64,000 nt of DNA, from the sequence record MK295204, one strand, 5' to 3'. Made by a program: the position numbers and the translations under genes. The DNA is from Shigella phage vB_SdyM_006. Every line of letters starts with the position of its first letter. Position 1 is the stretch's first letter. Shown in pieces: positions 57,396 through 64,000 of this stretch. The notes below the pieces were generated by a model. The model did not search any database. It worked only from the letters and a program-made list of their open reading frames with translations, and was not told the DNA's origin.

Positions 57396-57739
57396 TTTTT
57401 AAGTTCCAATTCTTCTTTAGAAAACCAACGAATCATACCGTATTTGTCAACACACGCATAAGATAAACTATCACTATCATCAATCTCGTGAACAGTAAGT
57501 TCTTCGCCAATAGAAACATCAGATTCACAACCTACTAGATTCTTAGTAAATACAACCTTATCACCAACAGAGAATCCTTCATATAGATTCCAGTCTTCTA
57601 GTTTAAATTTACCTTTTAGTCCAGGACTTAATTCAATTTCTAAAGGATAATCACCACCTGAAACACCTACAAGAGTTCCTTTAATATTACCATTTATGAC
57701 AGTAGCACCAATATTGATACCATTACCAACTTTAAACAT
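57392..57739 (-). CDS. hypothetical protein (115 aa)
   Basis: ORF. Confidence 0.45.
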   Translation of the reverse strand: MFKVGNGINIGATVINGNIKGTLVGVSGGDYPLEIELSPGLKGKFKLEDWNLYEGFSVGDKVVFTKNLVGCESDVSIGEELTVHEIDDSDSLSYACVDKYGMIRWFSKEELELKK

Positions 57740-57740
57740 A

Positions 57741-58013
57741 TTAACCTCTATTTAAATGCATTTCAATAATAGAATAAGTCGATTTATGGCCCATATTAAA
57801 TTCTTCAATTAATTGTTTTTTCTCGTCTTCAGTTAATGACTTAATTAAAGACTTTAAGTTACTTCTATTAAATAACTTTCCGTTATTACGAATACCTAAC
57901 TCATTAATGAACGCTATGAAAAGATTTTCATCTTCAATTATATCTTCACTTTCGAATTTGATAAGAATTGAGATAACAGCAAAAATTTCAGATAAAGTTT
58001 CCAATTTGTTCAT
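57741..58013 (-). CDS. asiA: anti-sigma-70 factor AsiA
   Basis: 90 aa, same length as T4 AsiA; SILIKF, DIIE, FIAFINE, LIEEFN match. Confidence 0.85.
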   Translation of the reverse strand: MNKLETLSEIFAVISILIKFESEDIIEDENLFIAFINELGIRNNGKLFNRSNLKSLIKSLTEDEKKQLIEEFNMGHKSTYSIIEMHLNRG

Positions 58014-58236
58014 TTTGTACCTTGCTATGTGTATTAAAAATAGGTAAATATGTTACTAATTCAGCAGATGGCATTACAATATCCCATTCGGATAAAATAT
58101 CCATCATTCCTGATAAATATGGTTTTCCATCACAATATAAATGGCAACCATCTGGACTATATACTTCGTTTCCTGTTATTCTTGACTTAACTCGGAATCC
58201 TTTCCGAGCTTTATCCATTGCACTAAAGAAATTCAT
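57988..58236 (-). CDS. hypothetical protein (82 aa) between motA and asiA
   Basis: ATG with GAGG RBS. Confidence 0.5.
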   Translation of the reverse strand: MNFFSAMDKARKGFRVKSRITGNEVYSPDGCHLYCDGKPYLSGMMDILSEWDIVMPSAELVTYLPIFNTHSKVQNEQIGNFI

Positions 58237-58242
58237 TTAACC

Positions 58243-58848
58243 TCACTTAGAAGCTTCTATGATATTAGTCATATTTTCTTCTGTTAATTTAATATCTACA
58301 TAATAATTATTGCCTTTAAATTTAATTTCAGCGCCAATTGCTTTATATTTTTCTAATAACTGTTCTGATAATTTGTAACCAAATACACGGATTTCACCTT
58401 TATGTCTGATTTCGAATTGACGAATTCCATTAGTACGTTTTTCTAAACGTAATTCTAAATTACTTCTGTTTTCGAAAATTCCTTTGATAGCAAAAGGAGA
58501 TAATTCTTTCATTTTATCAGCAATATCTATCATTTCTTGAGTGATACCACGTGGTTTACGTGTTGACTTAATTTTAGAAGGATTTTCTTCTGCATAGATA
58601 TCAGCAGCTTTAAGAACAACCTCTGTACCTTGTTCAGTTGTAACTAACCCATCACCAGATTTTTCAATAAAACCTTTCTTAATAAGAACACCAATATTTG
58701 AATTGATTGATGCAGCTGAAATTTCTGGAAGTGCTTCACGAATATCCTTAGCTTGTAAGAAATTAGTTTTAGCAACAACTAAAAGAATAGCACCAGTTTT
58801 TTCGTTTAATTCTGAGTTTGCTTTTAAAACATAAGATAATTTAGACAT
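58243..58848 (-). CDS. motA: middle-transcription activator MotA
   Basis: NSNIGVLIKKGFIEKSGDGL matches T4 MotA; track ORF runs through its promoter; ATG at 58848 has GGAG RBS. Confidence 0.85.
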   Translation of the reverse strand: MSKLSYVLKANSELNEKTGAILLVVAKTNFLQAKDIREALPEISAASINSNIGVLIKKGFIEKSGDGLVTTEQGTEVVLKAADIYAEENPSKIKSTRKPRGITQEMIDIADKMKELSPFAIKGIFENRSNLELRLEKRTNGIRQFEIRHKGEIRVFGYKLSEQLLEKYKAIGAEIKFKGNNYYVDIKLTEENMTNIIEASK

Positions 58849-58892
58849 AATAGACTCCGATGATAAATTGTTCATTTCGTTTTGATGATAAG

Positions 58893-58922
58893 ATAATACT
58901 ATATCTAAAAAGCTTTGTAAAC
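58893..58922 (-). promoter_or_regulatory. T4-type early promoter for motA
   Basis: Minus strand GTTTAC, 18 nt, TATTAT, directly after terminator. Confidence 0.55.
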
Positions 58923-58942
58923 AGTTATTTTCAATAAAATGC

Positions 58943-58966
58943 AAAAAGGAGCACAAGGCTCCTTAA
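58943..58966 (-). terminator. intrinsic terminator
   Basis: Minus strand AAGGAGCC-TTGT-GCTCCTT then TTTT; near-identical hairpin at 59901..59920. Confidence 0.55.
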
Positions 58967-58974
58967 ATATAAGA

Positions 58975-59412
58975 TTAATAACTGATTTTTAATCTATCAC
59001 AAATTTCTTTTAGATGATTAATTCTATGTTCAGGTAGATTTTTGTCTAAAATAACTAAACCATATTCATCAGGATGATAATCACCTAAGAATTTGATTTG
59101 ATGGTTTATTATAGCAAACTGGTTGATATTAGCATCAAATCTATCAATAGTTTCTTTTAAACCACTTTTAGCAACTAAAATGTCATTATTGTCTCTTTTA
59201 AATAATGTAATCCATTTATCTACAAAAGACTTATCTTCATGTGCTTTTTCTGTATAACCTTTAGACATCATTAATTTACGAAACCTTTCCATATTTAATG
59301 GACGCACCCAATAATCAATATCTCTTGGTGGTGTTTTGTAATAATAATCTCTAGCGGTCCCGCCAATGATATGATAATTAATATTATTATCACTTAATAT
59401 TTTAGAAATCAT
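58975..59412 (-). CDS. minimal nucleotidyltransferase-fold protein (CCA-adding/poly(A) polymerase head-domain-like)
   Basis: 145 aa; HIIGGTARDYYYKTPPRDIDYWV fits GG.RD...D.D signature of Pol-beta superfamily class II head domain. Confidence 0.5.
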   Translation of the reverse strand: MISKILSDNNINYHIIGGTARDYYYKTPPRDIDYWVRPLNMERFRKLMMSKGYTEKAHEDKSFVDKWITLFKRDNNDILVAKSGLKETIDRFDANINQFAIINHQIKFLGDYHPDEYGLVILDKNLPEHRINHLKEICDRLKISY

Positions 59413-59600
59413 TCTTTAATAGCCCATCCTTCTTTATACATTGTTCTTACATAAAATAGTTCAGTAAAATCAAATCCATCTTCTGACATGATAAATGGCC
59501 CTTCCATGTAAAAATATTCTTCATCAGAAAAATACTTATGGGTTATTTTATACCCTTTGTGCATAAGAAGTAAAGCTTCACCACGAGATAAATTATACAT
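59409..59600 (-). CDS. hypothetical protein (63 aa)
   Basis: ATGA overlap with nucleotidyltransferase gene. Confidence 0.45.
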   Translation of the reverse strand: MYNLSRGEALLLMHKGYKITHKYFSDEEYFYMEGPFIMSEDGFDFTELFYVRTMYKEGWAIKE

Positions 59601-59838
59601 ATTGACCTTCTGTTAAAGAATTCAAGTATACATCCCAGAATGAATCAAATATTGATTTGATAGATGAATCTGGACCAATCACACATGACGCAGAACAAAA
59701 ATCTTCAAAATCAATAGTCGGCATGGTTTTACCAGCAGCTGTTATATAAATTGATGCCAAAGGCCATTCTGGATTTTTAGCTGTTAATAAAGAAACCATC
59801 GCAATAAACTGTTCAAATAATCTAATTTTCTTGTTCAT
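59593..59838 (-). CDS. hypothetical protein (81 aa)
   Basis: Track ORF extends to 59910; ATG at 59838 has GAAGGA RBS. Confidence 0.45.
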   Translation of the reverse strand: MNKKIRLFEQFIAMVSLLTAKNPEWPLASIYITAAGKTMPTIDFEDFCSASCVIGPDSSIKSIFDSFWDVYLNSLTEGQYV

Positions 59839-59866
59839 TTCTATTCCTTCTATAAAGTGTGTACTT

Positions 59867-59896
59867 ATAATATCATGATAACATTTGTATGTAAAC
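59867..59896 (-). promoter_or_regulatory. T4-type early promoter
   Basis: Minus strand GTTTAC, 18 nt, TATTAT, directly after gp52 terminator. Confidence 0.5.
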
Positions 59897-59900
59897 AAAA

Positions 59901-59920
59901 AAAGGAGCACAAGGCTCCTT
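59901..59920 (-). terminator. intrinsic terminator after gene 52
   Basis: Same hairpin as 58943..58966, then TTTTTTT. Confidence 0.55.
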
Positions 59921-59923
59921 AAA

Positions 59924-61279
59924 TTACGCTAAAATATTATCAATATCTTTTTTGTACTCAACATCAGGTGTTGTAGACTTCCAATACTGATATTCTTTTT
60001 TATGTTCTTTTGCAGAATCTTCTAGTTTTTTAATTTCGTCTTTTGTCATGTGATATAAATTCATAGAAATCAATTTATCAGCAAAAGGCTTAAGGTCTTG
60101 GAATTGTTCAATTGATTCTAATGCAGCTTTTTTACTTTTACCAGATAGTTCAATAGTGCCATCAAGGACTTTTTTAATAAAAACAACTTTGGCTTTTGCG
60201 TATTCGTACCCATATTCTGATTCAGAAATTTTTAGGTCAATTCGTTTTTGATAAAACGGCTTTCTTACTTCAACAAAATATTTAATTAGCTCAGATGCTG
60301 TTTTAAAATCATCCCTAATTCTACCTTGGTCATCAATAACTGTAAAAAACTGACCTATTTTTTGAGACAACCCAAACTCTTTAATAATTTGTTCATGTCG
60401 TTCTTTAGGGTCTGTTTTAAGGTCAAAATCTTTTTTCAATGTAATCTTAAACCCAAATTTAACTTGACCTGTTTTTTCGTCTTTACCAGAAAGGTCATCA
60501 TATTCTGCTATTTTACCTTGATTAACCAAATTATCTAAAACTTTTACCGTATAGTCTTCTCGTTCCCATTTATATGGAATTTCTGTAATTGTTAGTTGTG
60601 TTTTACCTTTAAGTTCATATGTTCCTTGTAGTTCAACACCAGCTTCAGTAGGAATAATTTTACCATTAAACTGTGGGTATTGAACTTCAGGTTCTTTATC
60701 TAACTTACCTTCAATTGCTAATTTAGTGCATTCAACAACAGATTTTAAAGAATGTGGAAGAATATTTGTTGCATAACCAGTTGCAATACCTTTTACGCCA
60801 TTTAAAAGAACAGTAGGAATAATAGGCAAATAAAATTTAGGAGGAACATGTTCAATATCTTTGTGCTCTGGAGAAATCTCAATATCTTTATATAAATCAA
60901 AGAAATTCTGAGAGATTCTACAGAAAACATAACGAGCTGCACCACCTTTTTGGATTAATCTTGAACCAAAAGCACCTTGCCCATCTAAAAAAGGAACATT
61001 ATTATTCCAATCATTTGCCATTAATTTACCAGCTTCGGCAGCAGAGCCTTCACCATGATGATAACCAATTTCAGCTACACCACCAGACAAACCAGCTAAT
61101 TTATGGAATTTCTTTCTATCACCTTTAGCTTTTTCTAAAGCACGGTAAATTATAAATCGCTGAACAGGTTTAAATCCATCAACTAGATTAGGAATAGCAC
61201 GTTCTTCAACTGTATAAAGTGCATACTCTTTAGCTTCTATGTCAATAATACTTTTTAATGAACGGATATTTAATTCCAT
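59924..61279 (-). CDS. 52: DNA topoisomerase II medium subunit gp52
   Basis: 451 aa (T4 gp52 about 441 aa); GyrA-like N-terminus (AIPNLVDGFKPVQRFIIY, active-site-Tyr region ARYVFCRIS); AGGAG RBS. Confidence 0.8.
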   Translation of the reverse strand: MELNIRSLKSIIDIEAKEYALYTVEERAIPNLVDGFKPVQRFIIYRALEKAKGDRKKFHKLAGLSGGVAEIGYHHGEGSAAEAGKLMANDWNNNVPFLDGQGAFGSRLIQKGGAARYVFCRISQNFFDLYKDIEISPEHKDIEHVPPKFYLPIIPTVLLNGVKGIATGYATNILPHSLKSVVECTKLAIEGKLDKEPEVQYPQFNGKIIPTEAGVELQGTYELKGKTQLTITEIPYKWEREDYTVKVLDNLVNQGKIAEYDDLSGKDEKTGQVKFGFKITLKKDFDLKTDPKERHEQIIKEFGLSQKIGQFFTVIDDQGRIRDDFKTASELIKYFVEVRKPFYQKRIDLKISESEYGYEYAKAKVVFIKKVLDGTIELSGKSKKAALESIEQFQDLKPFADKLISMNLYHMTKDEIKKLEDSAKEHKKEYQYWKSTTPDVEYKKDIDNILA

Positions 61280-61296
61280 TATTACTCCTAATACAA

Positions 61297-61314
61297 AAAG
61301 GCCTTTCGGCCTTT
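61297..61314 (-). terminator. intrinsic terminator
   Basis: Minus strand AAAGGCC-GAAA-GGCCTTT then TTGTAT. Confidence 0.5.
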
Positions 61315-61333
61315 AAAGTTAAATATTTTTTGA

Positions 61334-61822
61334 TTAATTATATTTAAAAGAAAACCCTTCTTTAATTCGAGTTTTAACTTCATACATATTATTATAAATA
61401 TCGGTTTCTGTTTTAGCTAATTTACCAAACAAAGTTCCTTGTTTACCAATCTTATTTGTTAAATATTTAGCGTCTTGCATAGATACATAATAAATTTCAA
61501 TAGTCGATGCATCTAAATGACGTTTTAACTTAGCAGATGGACGATATTTAGGATTAGTAATTTTATTAATTACACTGTATAATCCACATGAAGTTTTATA
61601 TTTGTCACTGACTCGAATACGGCCTAAAGAATACATATTAAGCCCTTCACCAGAGAATTTATCTACAAAGAAATAAAAACCCGGCTTATACATCCCAGAA
61701 TCATCTTCACCGTTAATAATAATATCGATATTATAATGACCACGTTGTTTTTCTAAAGTTGCAACTAAAGAAGAAAATCCAGAAATAGCCTTTTTATTAA
61801 AAATCATAATAACCTCTTTCAC
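61334..61822 (-). CDS. hypothetical protein (162 aa)
   Basis: ORF. Confidence 0.5.
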   Translation of the reverse strand: MKEVIMIFNKKAISGFSSLVATLEKQRGHYNIDIIINGEDDSGMYKPGFYFFVDKFSGEGLNMYSLGRIRVSDKYKTSCGLYSVINKITNPKYRPSAKLKRHLDASTIEIYYVSMQDAKYLTNKIGKQGTLFGKLAKTETDIYNNMYEVKTRIKEGFSFKYN

Positions 61823-61846
61823 ATTAATTGATATGACATATTATAC

Positions 61847-62467
61847 TTAAAAATTTTTGGATGTAAACACTTTAAAACAAAAATTTTTATCATGATTAAT
61901 TCTTCCGGTCAAATAATATCCGTCGAATTTAGATTTCTGAATACTACCATTCTTTGTGGATAAAGCATACTGATCTGATAAAATATAAGGAATAAGTCTG
62001 AATGTGTTCTGAGAGACTTTTTCTGTTTTGAATATAATTATAACATCGGCTACGCCGAATTTCAAGAACGGTCCTAGGTTTATCCCTGTCACACCAGGAC
62101 AATCTCCGTCTATACCAGAATTAACAACGACCCATTTAGAGCCAGATTGATGTGTTTTAACTTCAATTCTTAAACCAGAATAGACTGGATGTGCTATAAC
62201 ATCATAAGCATACGTATACGGGTCATTTATATCTTCTTGACCATGATTAATAAATCCATTAACATGTTCTCTTACATATTCTTCTGCTAGTATAGCAACC
62301 ATACATTTTTCAAAGCATTGATGGATTGTTTGATCTGGGTTTGATTCTAATGAATATTTAGTTGTAGATTTTATTTTTTCTTTAACTTCTTCAGATACAT
62401 CACTTAAAGACATGATTCTAGGTTTTAATTCGGTAAGCCTTTGCCAGCCAGGATTTGTTTCTACCAT
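61847..62467 (-). CDS. hypothetical protein (206 aa), possible PD-(D/E)xK-like motif
   Basis: AYDVIAHPV...LRIEVKT has D ... E.K spacing; weak. Confidence 0.4.
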   Translation of the reverse strand: MVETNPGWQRLTELKPRIMSLSDVSEEVKEKIKSTTKYSLESNPDQTIHQCFEKCMVAILAEEYVREHVNGFINHGQEDINDPYTYAYDVIAHPVYSGLRIEVKTHQSGSKWVVVNSGIDGDCPGVTGINLGPFLKFGVADVIIIFKTEKVSQNTFRLIPYILSDQYALSTKNGSIQKSKFDGYYLTGRINHDKNFCFKVFTSKNF

Positions 62468-62484
62468 TTTATCTCCATACGAAA

Positions 62485-62502
62485 AATGGGCCGAAGCCCA
62501 TT
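62485..62502 (-). terminator. intrinsic terminator
   Basis: Minus strand AATGGGC-TTCG-GCCCATT then TTTT. Confidence 0.5.
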
Positions 62503-62519
62503 ATTTAATAATTTAATGT

Positions 62520-62720
62520 TTATTTAGATAATTCTTTAATATCTTTATGATATCCTGCTTTAACTTCTCGTAATGCAGATAAACCACAAGAAGGTTCTCT
62601 ACCAGAAATAACACAACTATTAATTTGGGCTTCAACCTGAAGTAATTTGCCAAATAAGTATTCACGTTCTACAGCACAGCCATATTTAGCTTTTCCAAAT
62701 CTTCTTTCTATAGATTTCAT
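62520..62720 (-). CDS. hypothetical protein (66 aa)
   Basis: ORF. Confidence 0.45.
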   Translation of the reverse strand: MKSIERRFGKAKYGCAVEREYLFGKLLQVEAQINSCVISGREPSCGLSALREVKAGYHKDIKELSK

Positions 62721-62783
62721 TTAAGTACTCCCACTAAGAATTAAGTATGAGAGTACTATACTATTAAAACTACAGTTTGTAAA

Positions 62784-64000
62784 CTATCTAAATCGTTTTT
62801 TGAATGTTTCAGTAACATCTTCAAGAACAGTATAACCACATGTTCTCATTTTAGCATCATTATAGTCAACAGGAATAGAAACTACATCACGTGGATGAAC
62901 CTTAACTGACACAATACGTCGATTACCGACAGCACCAATATATGATTCAGAACATACATGAAGACCAGAAGAACACGTTACATTGTCGTCTTCATCAACG
63001 GTATTTCTTGGAACTTCAACACGTTTTCCTGGTGAATTATCAAAAGTACCACTAAAACAATCTTTATAATCGTTACGGACATATTTCCATGCAATAAAAT
63101 GACCATCTTCTGTGATTTCAATATCCGTTGCCATTAAGAAATCATATAAACGTGCTACCGCTTTACGACTAGGATTCAACATTAAATTTTCTAAGAATGG
63201 TAGCAAGAATTCGAAATCTTTACCTTCTTTCATCATCTCGATAATTTTACGAGTTAATCCAGAATCAACAACAAGGTCTTTGTAATATAATGTAGAGCCT
63301 TCAATTTTGATATGGCCTTTTGTGTATGATTTAATAGCACGGCGTGTATTAATTAAATCCAAAGCCTTTTTAACGTGAGTCTGTTCTTTTTGGACATCGC
63401 CTTCAGAAATAGCAGACATTGCTTTTGATAATTGATTTAAAGCCGTAGTAAAGTTATCATGGTCTTTACCTGCATTATATGTTTTAGTCCCAACAGTAAT
63501 AGAAATAAATTTACTATTAGCATTCCATACTAAATTTTCTAATTCAGGCTCTTGCTTAACAACTTCAGGCTTAGATTCAGGTTCTTGTTTAATAGGTTTA
63601 GCTCTAAGAGTTTTAACATGTGTAGTGATATCTGATCTTTGATTATCATGATTAGGTGCATAAACAATACGGCTTAATTCTAAATCTGCAACTTTTAAAA
63701 TACCAGGAACAAATAAATCATTTTCTCCTGAGAAATTGTCTCGATTTTTAGGGTTATTGATACACAACGTGTGGCATTTTAATACAGGAGATTTTAATGC
63801 TGGGTCAATAAGAACATCATCAGCAAAAATCCAAGAATAAGTCTCATTTTTTGAAGGAACAAATTCTTGTTCTTTTAATACACGTGTAATTGTATCTGAA
63901 GAAACATTAAAGTGACGAGCAATCAAAGCTTTAGTTTTTCCTTCAGAAAACAGACGATAAACCGTCTGTTTTTGTTGTTCGTTTAAAATTTTAACAGCCA
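62784..64000 (-). CDS. helix-turn-helix domain protein, N-terminus beyond window
   Basis: Track start at 63926 is TTG; frame stays open to window edge; N-terminal TVYRLFSEGKTKALIARHFNVSSDTITRVL looks like an HTH. Confidence 0.5.
   Translation of the reverse strand, partial: AVKILNEQQKQTVYRLFSEGKTKALIARHFNVSSDTITRVLKEQEFVPSKNETYSWIFADDVLIDPALKSPVLKCHTLCINNPKNRDNFSGENDLFVPGILKVADLELSRIVYAPNHDNQRSDITTHVKTLRAKPIKQEPESKPEVVKQEPELENLVWNANSKFISITVGTKTYNAGKDHDNFTTALNQLSKAMSAISEGDVQKEQTHVKKALDLINTRRAIKSYTKGHIKIEGSTLYYKDLVVDSGLTRKIIEMMKEGKDFEFLLPFLENLMLNPSRKAVARLYDFLMATDIEITEDGHFIAWKYVRNDYKDCFSGTFDNSPGKRVEVPRNTVDEDDNVTCSSGLHVCSESYIGAVGNRRIVSVKVHPRDVVSIPVDYNDAKMRTCGYTVLEDVTETFKKRFR

Noticed and set aside
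57988-58236. Arn (anti-restriction) identity for the 82-aa ORF between asiA and motA
   Set aside because: Not markedly acidic as a DNA mimic should be, and I am not sure of the T4 gene at this position; left as hypothetical.
58849-58956. N-terminal extension of motA in the ORF track (similar extensions on uvsW, rnh, gp36, pseT, and ORFs at 22426, 22724, 59593)
   Set aside because: The track counts TTG/GTG as start; the extensions run through promoter or terminator elements, and an ATG with Shine-Dalgarno lies downstream and matches the T4 N-termini.
1-64000. Prophage or integrative mobile element, tRNA or rRNA genes
   Set aside because: No integrase, attachment-site-like repeats or host genes; content is contiguous T4-like lytic phage modules; no tRNA-like structures recognised by eye.

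Overview
This window is a 64 kb segment of a T4-like (Tevenvirinae-type) lytic myovirus genome, AT-rich, with no integrase, rRNA, tRNA or CRISPR array recognised. All protein calls rest on motif and synteny comparison with T4 proteins recalled from memory; no database search was run. Core modules, in order: capsid (gp23 C-terminal part, gp24); RNA ligase 2; an inverted baseplate/recombination block (gp54-48-29-28-27-51, gp26-25, uvsY, uvsW, inh-like, hoc); Alt ADP-ribosyltransferase and DNA ligase; a long leftward early operon (gp31, dCMP deaminase, Pnk, spanins, alc-like, RNA ligase 1, endonuclease II, NrdB/NrdA, thymidylate synthase, DHFR, gp32, gp59, gp33, dsbA, RNase H); the long tail fibre genes gp34-37 and holin t; then asiA, motA, topoisomerase gp52 and small early genes. 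Between these lie accessory genes that look most worth follow-up: a macro-domain protein coupled to a Cys/His-rich partner, a NADAR-like protein, a DUF4326-like protein, a DprA/SLOG-like protein, a DAHP synthase, and a minimal CCA-type nucleotidyltransferase. Regulatory architecture is legible: GTTTAC-N17/18-TATTAT early promoters, often fused to a UUCG-tetraloop terminator, and exact TATAAATA late promoters. The six-frame track counts TTG/GTG as start codons, so several gene starts were moved to the first ATG with a Shine-Dalgarno.
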